23,076 nt of DNA. Source: Promethearchaeota archaeon (GTDB taxonomy: Archaea > Asgardarchaeota > Lokiarchaeia > Sigyniarchaeales > SOKP01). Below, piece after piece: positions 8,886-16,906 of this stretch. The stretch covers positions 1-23,076 of the forward strand of contig JAFGGO010000125.1 in assembly GCA_016930515.1 (NCBI GenBank). Reading direction: 5' to 3'. The translations under genes and the position numbers were made by a program. Under the pieces are notes generated by a model. The model did no database searches. It saw nothing but the letters and a program-made list of their open reading frames with translations, and was not told where the DNA came from. The stretch's first letter is position 1. Each line of letters starts with the position of its first letter.

Positions 8886-9512
8886 ATGAACGAAATTGAG
8901 AAGAAGGAAAACTTAACAGAAGAACAAGAAGACTTCGTTCCGACGGGCTTAGGTATTGATTCTCACAATAAGTTAAACAATCTCGACTTCATCTACTGCA
9001 TGATCATTGGTGTCATAGGGGGAATCATATCTAGCTTGGTTCCCTTTTCGTTACTCATTAAAGTCTGGTATCCGCTCACGGGAGGCACTCAACTCGTCAG
9101 CGGCCACCACCTAATTTGGGGGGCGCTCATATACGGGCTAACTAAGAAGAAAAAAACGATTTTAATTACAATGACGGCAAAAGGACTCCTGGAGTTTTTA
9201 TTTAACGATCCATGGGGGCTTATCATCGTGTTCGTAAACATACTCGAAGCTTCGTTCTTAGCGTTAGGCTTTATTCTCGTTGAACGGTTCCAAGAAGGAG
9301 ACAGTCGACTTGGTTGGGCCGTGGCAGGTGGTATCGGAAATTTCGTTCAAGCTCCCTTTTTTTGGATATTGAATCAGCGATTTTACTTGAATTGGATATT
9401 ATGGGTATTAGCGTTTACATTCGCAATTATATCAGGCATGTTAATCGTCGGAATCTTGGGAAGGGCTCTTAAAAATAGTCTTATCAAGTCAGGCGTTCCC
9501 ACTATTTTTTGA
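8886..9512 (+). CDS. ECF transporter substrate-binding S component, YkoE-like (paralog 1)
   Basis: About 200 aa with roughly 6 TM helices; DFIY.MI.GV.GGI, KGLLEFLFNDPWG and GGIGN; its paralog at 12223 is adjacent to ECF ATPase and T genes. Confidence 0.75.
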   Translation: MNEIEKKENLTEEQEDFVPTGLGIDSHNKLNNLDFIYCMIIGVIGGIISSLVPFSLLIKVWYPLTGGTQLVSGHHLIWGALIYGLTKKKKTILITMTAKGLLEFLFNDPWGLIIVFVNILEASFLALGFILVERFQEGDSRLGWAVAGGIGNFVQAPFFWILNQRFYLNWILWVLAFTFAIISGMLIVGILGRALKNSLIKSGVPTIF

Positions 9513-9576
9513 TATGAGAAATTCATCAATACAAATTAACAATAAAAAAAATACTATAAAAATTCTTTAATTAGCT

Positions 9577-10905
9577 TTAGTTCAGTCCTTTTTTCTCTTT
9601 TATTTTTTCAATGAGAATGTTAACGATTTCCCTGTCAGAGAGTAAGCCTTCGGGAGCGTCTTTTACCTTGCGCAACATTATAGGGATGTTATCCATGCGA
9701 TATGCCGTACCCTCGCATTCTACGCCGCATATCTTTACGGGAAAGACGATATCCGCGTATGCGGATGTGGGGGTCTCGTGAGGCTCTACCGAAATCATTG
9801 GATGTTTTAAAAGATTCTCTACTGCCGCAGCAGGTAAATTAAGCACGGGATCTGTTGCAATGATGAAGGAGACATCTATTTCGTTGCGAATAAGGCATGG
9901 TACCGTCGAAAATTCACCCATGTTATAACGTGGAAATCCTCGCGAAAAATCAATAGCGAGAGGGTATCCCGTATTCCACGAAAAGACGATGTTCGATCCT
10001 GCCACATTGTAATGCCCCCTCATTGGTTGGATGACAAATTTAGTGTAATCGTTTAGTTCTCTCGTCAAGCAGATTGCTGTGTCTACGTTTCTATGGTGTC
10101 CTTCCGAGTGTGTTAGACCCAATCCAAAGAATATAACTCCGAAATTAGCGCTTTTTAATCTTTCAACGAGCTTTTTCATGTCTTCTATGGGAACACCGGC
10201 CACTTGCTTGGCGTCTAATTCAACCCCTCGAAGCATTGCTCGAAGGGCGTTAAACAACTCGTAATCCTCGCTTGGATTTACTTGAATGTGCAGGTCCGCA
10301 ACTTGAGCCGTGTGCGTTTTTCGTGGGTCGACAACGATCATGTATCTATCGTTGCGGCCGTTTTTTGTAAAGCTTCCACGAATGAAGCTACTATATCGTC
10401 CCAAATGGCGAGGATGAGCGTGAATTGGGTTGCAGCCCCAGAATATCACCAAATCTGCTCGATTTCTATATTCTCCAAGAGTAGAACTGGGTATGCCCAC
10501 GTCCTGAACCGCCAGAAGGCTTGGCCCGTGGCAAATGGAAGAGCAATTATCGAGAATTCCGCCCGTGATTTCTGCCAGCTCTACGCCCCTGCTGATGGCT
10601 TCAGCTTCCGTGCTAGACCATCCATACAACAAGGGTCTTTTAGCTTTTGCTAACAAATCTGCAGTTTTATCCAAGGCTTCCTCCCAGGTTACCTCCACGA
10701 GCTTACCATTTTTTCTAATCATGGGTTTTTTATATCGATGGGCATTGCTTTCGTTCGAAGCGAAATAAATTTGCGTTCCAATTTGGCAAGCGTTTCTAAC
10801 TTCCACGACTTCGTTATTTACTATGTCCACTTCCAAGTCATCGCATAAGCTCCCGCAAAATGGGCAAACAACATCGGTTTTGGTTTGAATTTTTCCTTGA
10901 ACCAC
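9577..10905 (-). CDS. fwdB: Formylmethanofuran dehydrogenase subunit B (Mo/W-bis-pterin catalytic subunit), Cys form
   Basis: CPFCGSLCDD...C Fe-S motif, DNCSSICHGPS metal-ligand motif, NRADLVIFWGCNPIHAHPRH, MRGHYNV and GTAYRMDNIP. Start revised to GTG 10905, preceded by AGGAGG directly after the fwdD stop. Confidence 0.95.
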   Translation of the reverse strand: MVQGKIQTKTDVVCPFCGSLCDDLEVDIVNNEVVEVRNACQIGTQIYFASNESNAHRYKKPMIRKNGKLVEVTWEEALDKTADLLAKAKRPLLYGWSSTEAEAISRGVELAEITGGILDNCSSICHGPSLLAVQDVGIPSSTLGEYRNRADLVIFWGCNPIHAHPRHLGRYSSFIRGSFTKNGRNDRYMIVVDPRKTHTAQVADLHIQVNPSEDYELFNALRAMLRGVELDAKQVAGVPIEDMKKLVERLKSANFGVIFFGLGLTHSEGHHRNVDTAICLTRELNDYTKFVIQPMRGHYNVAGSNIVFSWNTGYPLAIDFSRGFPRYNMGEFSTVPCLIRNEIDVSFIIATDPVLNLPAAAVENLLKHPMISVEPHETPTSAYADIVFPVKICGVECEGTAYRMDNIPIMLRKVKDAPEGLLSDREIVNILIEKIKEKKGLN

Positions 10906-10918
10906 TTTTTTTCTCCTC

Positions 10919-11323
10919 CTATATTTGTTGTTCCACCTTGTATTTTTTGACAACTTCTAGGGAATCCAACACTTTTCCGTTTTGTACTACTTCAAGCTTG
11001 GCTTTTAATCCCTTGTATCCTGGAGTACCCATTCCGTCTGTAATGGGGCTAACAATTTGGTTTGCCCAAGGTCCTGCGGGAATGAAGATCACACCTGGAT
11101 GTGGCCCTTCTTCTGTAATTCTCGAGTAGACCAATACCTCACCGTGATCGGTAGTCACGCGAACTGGTGTCCCTGGAATGCAATCAAGTTTGATAAAGTC
11201 ATCCCTATCTATCATACATACCGCTGCTGCTCGAACATAATTTCTCTTAGTCTTTCCCGATTCTAAAGCAATACCTTGATCAATATTTTGACCCGTTATG
11301 AGTATTAGATTGTCCAATCTCAA
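10919..11323 (-). CDS. fwdD: Formylmethanofuran dehydrogenase subunit D (molybdopterin dinucleotide-binding)
   Basis: Motifs LITGQNIDQG..LESGK, V.VTTDHGEV, GVIFIPAGPWAN and TDGMGTPGYKG; TTG start with AGGAG upstream; directly upstream of fwdB. Confidence 0.92.
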   Translation of the reverse strand: MRLDNLILITGQNIDQGIALESGKTKRNYVRAAAVCMIDRDDFIKLDCIPGTPVRVTTDHGEVLVYSRITEEGPHPGVIFIPAGPWANQIVSPITDGMGTPGYKGLKAKLEVVQNGKVLDSLEVVKKYKVEQQI

Positions 11324-11418
11324 TTTTATGACTCCTATCCGTTTAGTAATGAGATATTTGTTTTTCTAATGATCTGAAAAAAAAATATTTTAGTTTGAGC
11401 TGATAAAGGCTAAAAAGA

Positions 11419-11522
11419 ATATAAAACTTGCGGTTATGTCCGTTAGTACACAACGCTCAGGTAATGCCATTATCACTTGATGGGCGATGCGAACAGCCGT
11501 ACATAACGCTTAAATAATTTCA
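11419..11522. promoter_or_regulatory. Divergent promoter region for fwdDB (- strand) and module 2 (+ strand)
   Basis: The - strand reads ACATAACCGC-AAG-TTTTATA (11440 down to about 11420). The + strand reads ACATAACGC-TTAAATA (11501-11516). A palindrome TATCA-CT-TGAT lies centrally at 11471-11481. Confidence 0.55.
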
Positions 11523-11668
11523 ATTATTTACTTGAATAATATTAAAAAATAAATTAGTTACTACGAGAAATCGAGAGCTAATTCCCACTATATGGCGCAC
11601 ATCAAAATCAAGTTGCTAATTGAGAAAATAGGTTAATTAAATAATCTTAAAACATTATAAATCTAAAA

Positions 11669-12226
11669 ATGAATCGTAGGAACTTTTACATCTTAATCTT
11701 TTGCATAATTTTTGGTAATTTCGTGTTTTGGATAAATGTATATGCGTTCGTACTATTTGATGTAGATTTATTCCAAGTAAACAACGGTACCATAGTTATC
11801 AAAGGAGAGGGTGTGAAAAACGAATTCAGGATCTCCCTGACCGAGCTAAAATCTGAGGAATACCTTCAAATCGTCGACAAAGAATTTAACTTTCTAAATT
11901 CGGTCGGTAATCAATACTCCGAGATCTATTCAGGAGTCTCTTTAGGAAGTCTTTTACAGGTAAAAGACATGCTACTCGAAGACCCTGCGGAGCTCACTTT
12001 TCGTTTTTATTCTTTAGATGGATATGTGAGCCCAATGGCACTTAATTTGTCTTTAGCAACGACTTATATGGAAGACGTGATTTTAGCATACGAGTTAGAC
12101 GGATCGTCGATGGATCAATATACAGGACCAGTTAGGTCGGTAATTAATAGAAATGTAATCCCAGATCTAGCAAATTCTCAATATGCCGTAAAGCAACTGA
12201 ACCAGATTTTAATTGAGATCGTATGA
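11669..12226 (+). CDS. Membrane-anchored sulfite-oxidase-like molybdopterin-binding domain protein, lacking the catalytic Cys
   Basis: N-terminal TM helix; ISLTELK, YSGVSLGSLL, FYSLDGY, VILAYELDG and GPVRSVI...SQYAVKQLNQILI; homologous to 6176..6739. Confidence 0.75.
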   Translation: MNRRNFYILIFCIIFGNFVFWINVYAFVLFDVDLFQVNNGTIVIKGEGVKNEFRISLTELKSEEYLQIVDKEFNFLNSVGNQYSEIYSGVSLGSLLQVKDMLLEDPAELTFRFYSLDGYVSPMALNLSLATTYMEDVILAYELDGSSMDQYTGPVRSVINRNVIPDLANSQYAVKQLNQILIEIV

Positions 12227-12945
12227 GTGGTGGGAAAATAATTAGTTCTGATATTATTCTCGTTAATGACTTTTTAACAACTATACGAGGCAAATATATA
12301 TTGACGGAAGCAACATCAATCCCTTCCATTTTAGATAACCCCGAAGAAGTCGAAGAAGTTCAAGAATACGAAGCAACGGGACTTGGAACGGACGATTCGA
12401 AACGATTGACGAATTTGGATTTTATTTATGCGATGATTTTTGGAGTGTTAGGTGGAATTATATCCAGTTTAGTGCCATTCAGCCTACTAATTAAAGTGTG
12501 GTACCCTTTCGTTGGTGGAGCTCAATTTGTTAGTGCCCATCACGTGATATGGGGGGCACTTGTTTATGGACTTACAAAAAAGAAAAATAACATAATGCTT
12601 GTGATGTCTGTTAAAGGAATATTAGAATTCTTGTTTAACGATCCTTGGGGCGTACTCATCATCTTTGTAAATCTATTTGAAGGGGCCTTCTTGGTATTAG
12701 GATTTATATTGGCGGAAAAATTTAAGGAAGGAGACACTCGTCTTGGTTGGGTCGTAGCAGGAGGGTTCGGAAATTTCTTTCAAGCGCCATTTTTCTGGCT
12801 CTTAAACCAGAGATTTTACCTTCATTGGGTTTTATGGGTCATTACCTTCTCATTTGCAATCATTTCTGGAATGTTGATAATTGGTATCATGGCCAGATCT
12901 CTAACGAATAACCTCATCAAGGCTGGAGTTCCAACAACATTTTGA
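12223..12945 (+). CDS. ECF transporter S component, YkoE-like (paralog 2); alternative start TTG 12301
   Basis: Aligns without gaps to 8886..9512 over the core (about 70% identity counted by eye); directly upstream of ECF ATPase and T genes. ATG 12223 overlaps the previous stop (ATGA), while TTG 12301 has GAGG upstream and matches the paralog's length. Confidence 0.8.
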   Translation: MSGGKIISSDIILVNDFLTTIRGKYILTEATSIPSILDNPEEVEEVQEYEATGLGTDDSKRLTNLDFIYAMIFGVLGGIISSLVPFSLLIKVWYPFVGGAQFVSAHHVIWGALVYGLTKKKNNIMLVMSVKGILEFLFNDPWGVLIIFVNLFEGAFLVLGFILAEKFKEGDTRLGWVVAGGFGNFFQAPFFWLLNQRFYLHWVLWVITFSFAIISGMLIIGIMARSLTNNLIKAGVPTTF

Positions 12946-12991
12946 TAGTCGAGGTGCTATAAAAATCATAAATCGCCCTTTAGCAATCAAT

Positions 12992-14764
12992 GTGAATAAC
13001 TTCTCGTTTATTTATGGTGATGATAAAAATGCCATCCCTGTAGTTTCAGATGTTTCCTTCAAGGTTCACGAAGGAGAAACCTTAGTCATAGCGGGACCGA
13101 GTGGAAGCGGGAAATCAACCATTAGTTATGCCTTAAATGGGGCAATACCGTGGAGAATAAAAGGTTTTGCTAAAGGACAGGTTGAGATAATGCAAAAAAA
13201 CGCAAAAGAGTACAAATTCTTCGAACTATCTAAGCTAGTTGGATTGGTGTCTCAAAATCCCTTGGATCAATTGGTTACGTTTAATGTCTACGACGAAATC
13301 GCTTTTGGACTCGAAAACTTGCTCGTACCAAAAATACAAATTGAGTCTGAAATCGAGGAAATTGCTCAATTTATGGGCATTCATCACTTGCTTGAAAGAG
13401 AGATCGACCAGCTCAGCGGAGGTCAAATGCAACTGGTACTTCTAAGTTCGTTTCTCGTAATGAAGCCTCGAATTCTCATTTTAGACGAGCCCATGGCGTA
13501 CTTGGACCAAAAATCGGAAAGCTTACTATTGGAAAAGTTAAAATTACTGAAGAATTCTAAAAACTTTAACTTAACCTTAATAATTATCGAACATAGACTT
13601 TCTAGAGTGCTTGATCTTACTGATAAGATCCTCGTTTTAGATGTAAATGGTAAAGTAGCTCTTAAGGGGAAAAAGAAAGATGTTATAGGTTATAATTACG
13701 ATCAATTACGTCAATGTAACCTTAGAATACCCTGGATGTTAGAATTATTAAACGATCTAAAAGAAAATATCCCTATATTTCAATTAACCCAAGAACCAAT
13801 TAAATATAACTCTCTTTTAGAACAATTAAATTTCCTCAATCAAGAAGAACTAATGCTCATTCGCAATTATTTATATAATACGATCATAAATCCTCTTGAA
13901 TTTCAAAAATACGATTCTTACGAAAAAGAAATTCAATTTCAAGAGCTTTACATTAAATCGTTGAAAAATAAGTGCCTACGAAAAAATATAACACCAACTA
14001 AATCTTTTCAAGAACCTAATGATGTCATTTTAGATATAAGAAACTTGTTCTTCCAATACCCAAACTCAAGTGTCCTTGCGATAAATGGCCTGTCTTTCAC
14101 TGTTGAAAGAGGTGATTTTATCGGTCTTGTTGGACCGAATGGGGCTGGAAAAACTACCCTATTGTATGTATTAGCGAATCTATACAAGCCCACTTCTGGA
14201 GAAATATATTACAAGGGAAATAACTTGGCAAACATCGATTCATTCAAGTTTTCAAAAGATGTGGGATTTATATTTCAAAATCCCGAAAACATGATCTTTA
14301 AGAATACAATACAAAGCGAGCTATTGTATGGCCCAGAAAACTTTAACATTCTTGAAGATATAACGGAAGAATACATACAAAAATTAATGCTTTTAATAGG
14401 CGAAAAAGACGAAAATAAAAATCCGTTTAATTTAAGCTGGGGACAAAAACGAAGGTTAAATCTTAGCTCCGTGTTTATTTACGATCCCGAAATAATCTTA
14501 CTTGATGAGCCTTTTATCGGGCAAGACCAAAGAACGATAGATTTTCTCATTGAAACGCTTTACATAGAAAACAAGCGTGGAAAAACCATCATCATATCTT
14601 CACACGACTACCAATTGCTCCTCAAATACACGAAAAAAATCATGGAACTAAACAAGGACGGTTCGTTGAGAACCTATGAAAACAAAGAAGCTTATTTTAA
14701 AAAACACAAAAATTTGGGACCAATACAATTATTAGAAAAATTAAATTCCTTGATTAAAGAATAG
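12992..14764 (+). CDS. ECF transporter ATPase with two fused ABC domains (YkoD-like); the true start is probably slightly upstream
   Basis: Domain 1: GPSGSGKST, QNP, LSGGQ, ILDEP, IIEH. Domain 2: GPNGAGKTT, FQNPE, LSWGQKRR, LLDEPFIGQD, SSHD. Confidence 0.92.
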   Translation: MNNFSFIYGDDKNAIPVVSDVSFKVHEGETLVIAGPSGSGKSTISYALNGAIPWRIKGFAKGQVEIMQKNAKEYKFFELSKLVGLVSQNPLDQLVTFNVYDEIAFGLENLLVPKIQIESEIEEIAQFMGIHHLLEREIDQLSGGQMQLVLLSSFLVMKPRILILDEPMAYLDQKSESLLLEKLKLLKNSKNFNLTLIIIEHRLSRVLDLTDKILVLDVNGKVALKGKKKDVIGYNYDQLRQCNLRIPWMLELLNDLKENIPIFQLTQEPIKYNSLLEQLNFLNQEELMLIRNYLYNTIINPLEFQKYDSYEKEIQFQELYIKSLKNKCLRKNITPTKSFQEPNDVILDIRNLFFQYPNSSVLAINGLSFTVERGDFIGLVGPNGAGKTTLLYVLANLYKPTSGEIYYKGNNLANIDSFKFSKDVGFIFQNPENMIFKNTIQSELLYGPENFNILEDITEEYIQKLMLLIGEKDENKNPFNLSWGQKRRLNLSSVFIYDPEIILLDEPFIGQDQRTIDFLIETLYIENKRGKTIIISSHDYQLLLKYTKKIMELNKDGSLRTYENKEAYFKKHKNLGPIQLLEKLNSLIKE

Positions 14765-14775
14765 AGAGATGTCAA

Positions 14776-15654
14776 GTGGGAAAGAATAAAGTTGAAAATC
14801 TGGACAAGAAAAAGCTAATATTCGCTTATTATCCTGGAAATTCTTTCATGCACGGATTAAACCCTCTTTCTAAGTTATTTTTTCTTATTATCTTAACTTT
14901 TATCGTATTTATTATAAGGAGTCTTATCTTACTGAGTGTTATCTCGCTTCTAATAATCTTTACCGCACTAGGCTCAGGTATTTCGCTTAAAAATTTAGCA
15001 CATAAACTGAAATTCATGGTTATACTCATAGTTTTTAGCGTCATTATTAACATTTTCTTCAATGCCAGTTATATAAATGGCGAAATATTGTTCTACTTGT
15101 TTGGTCTTGATTTTCTGCCCATTCGACGTCTGGCATTATATTATTCGTTAAGAGTATTCTTTAGCGTGTTGTCTCTTTATACATCCACCATCATTTATAC
15201 GAGCACCACGCACATGAAGCATTTCGTTTATGCCTTGATGAAACTCAAAATTCCTTATACATTTTGCTTTCATTTTATGGTCGGGATTCGATACATACCG
15301 ATGATTGAAAAAGAGGTAAAAACAATCGCTTTGGCTCAAAAAGCCCGTGGATCAAGATTAGAAAAAGTAAATAGTGTGAAAAAGGCTTATAATTTCATAT
15401 TTGATCGTTTAAATTCCGCATTAGTATCCATATTGAGAAAGGGATATACTACGTCTCTTTCCATGGAAAATCGCTGCTTCGGTATTTATAAGACGAGAAC
15501 GAACATTACTGAAATCAGATTTAGGTCTCGGGATTTTTTTTTCGTATTAATTTCGTTAATTTTATTTGTTTTTCTTTTGCTATATAACCTAATTGCACTC
15601 CCCATACCTCAAGTTCCTTCGCTATATCAAATTTTTGTTGATTTTTTAAGCTAG
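14776..15654 (+). CDS. ecfT: ECF transporter transmembrane T component
   Basis: SFMHGLNPLSKL, IRYIPMI, AQKARG and SMENRCF coupling-helix motifs; multiple TM helices. Confidence 0.92.
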   Translation: MGKNKVENLDKKKLIFAYYPGNSFMHGLNPLSKLFFLIILTFIVFIIRSLILLSVISLLIIFTALGSGISLKNLAHKLKFMVILIVFSVIINIFFNASYINGEILFYLFGLDFLPIRRLALYYSLRVFFSVLSLYTSTIIYTSTTHMKHFVYALMKLKIPYTFCFHFMVGIRYIPMIEKEVKTIALAQKARGSRLEKVNSVKKAYNFIFDRLNSALVSILRKGYTTSLSMENRCFGIYKTRTNITEIRFRSRDFFFVLISLILFVFLLLYNLIALPIPQVPSLYQIFVDFLS

Positions 15655-15850
15655 AATTTCATAAATTCTCTATAACCCGTCCTTGATAAAATTAGTTCAT
15701 TAGATTAATAGACCGATTGTTTTAAAAAACTATTTATAACACAATCAAATTTCATTCCCATATTGTTTAAATTTCAATTAGTTTTAATTTGGTTGAATAA
15801 TTATTATTTTATAATTTTATATTGAAAAGAATAAGATTAGATTCGAAAAT

Positions 15851-16336
15851 ATGCCCCTTAGAATACTATGGAAATCAAACGAATACCTGCCATTTGCCTT
15901 AATGATGTTAGGTGCCTGTGGATTGTATCAGTGGCTTTTTATATTTGTTGCACAGTATTTATTACATATCGGAGACTATTTGATAATCTTGGTGATTCCC
16001 ATAGCCATTACGGGAGCACTTTTTCTTTCAACTAAAATCCTTTTCGAAGGTTACGCCCAAGTCAAAAGACGGAAAAAATTAAAAAATCAATTCATGAAAA
16101 AAGGTATTTTAGACACAAGAGCTCAAAAGATATTAGCGTTTCCTATTTCAAAACCCCTATTAATCGTATTCGCTTTATTCACGGGTGTTTTTATTGCAAC
16201 CTACGCTATCTGCGCCGCTGCTGCCTCGTTAGATGTGATCTTGAGCTTCTTGATTTCTGAAAATGTAGGTGCGATTTGCTGTATCTTTTTCGCAAATTAT
16301 TTCGAAAGAAATTACGCAAAAATCAGGAAATTTTAA
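15851..16336 (+). CDS. Hypothetical membrane protein (about 4 TM helices with a basic loop)
   Basis: Four hydrophobic stretches and a KRRKKLK loop; no family recognised. Confidence 0.7.
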   Translation: MPLRILWKSNEYLPFALMMLGACGLYQWLFIFVAQYLLHIGDYLIILVIPIAITGALFLSTKILFEGYAQVKRRKKLKNQFMKKGILDTRAQKILAFPISKPLLIVFALFTGVFIATYAICAAAASLDVILSFLISENVGAICCIFFANYFERNYAKIRKF

Positions 16337-16420
16337 TTTTTATAACTAATTAAAAGTCTAATTTACAAATTGAGGCACAATTATAATCCTTGAAAAAGAA
16401 AACCTCAAATTATCAATATA

Positions 16421-16906
16421 TTATTTGTATCTTGTGTTTAATTGTATCCCAAATTTAATTGCGTCTTCAGTCCCTAACTTGAATAATTTTCTGAAAACAT
16501 TTTGATTTATCACTCTTGCTCCCTTCTCCTCGACCTTGTCTTTCATGTGATAAAGTGCCTTCTTTCCCGTAATACGCGCGGTGGTAAAAACGACTGCCTC
16601 TTTTCCACTCAAATTTTTTCCTTTTGAAACAATTTCTTCGAAAATCTTTGGAGGAAATCTCCCGTGCGTGGGCATGCCGAATAATAATATATCAAAGCTG
16701 GAAAAATCAATATTATTTAATATTGTTTCAAACAAGGAGAAATCATTTTTCCGCATACTAGCCAAATACTTTTTTTTTTCGCTCGAATTACCATTTAATT
16801 CTATTGGAAGGAAACTTACATCGAATACCGAAAGTTTGCTCGCAATTGCTTCGGCTGTCTGTTTAGTTCTCCCAGTCATCGTAAAATAAATGATGAGTGC
16901 TTTCAT
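16421..16906 (-). CDS. Flavodoxin-like protein
   Basis: Start revised to ATG 16906. MKALIIYFTMTGRTKQTAEAIA is an FMN phosphate-loop motif; FDILLFGMPTH and LSGKEAVVFTT follow. Confidence 0.85.
   Translation of the reverse strand: MKALIIYFTMTGRTKQTAEAIASKLSVFDVSFLPIELNGNSSEKKKYLASMRKNDFSLFETILNNIDFSSFDILLFGMPTHGRFPPKIFEEIVSKGKNLSGKEAVVFTTARITGKKALYHMKDKVEEKGARVINQNVFRKLFKLGTEDAIKFGIQLNTRYK

Noticed and set aside
9577-10905. Selenocysteine recoding in fwdB or other genes
   Set aside because: The catalytic residue is encoded by TGC (Cys). The TGA codons ending other ORFs fall at natural C-termini, and I recognised no SECIS element.
11530-11668. Moco/Wco or TPP riboswitch in the module 2 leader
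   Set aside because: No consensus elements of these riboswitches were recognisable by eye.
8886-15654. ECF system as the nickel importer for the lar genes
   Set aside because: The S components lack the N-terminal MH(I/L) metal-binding motif of NikM/CbiM/LarM, resemble YkoE instead, and sit beside pterin-related genes rather than lar genes.
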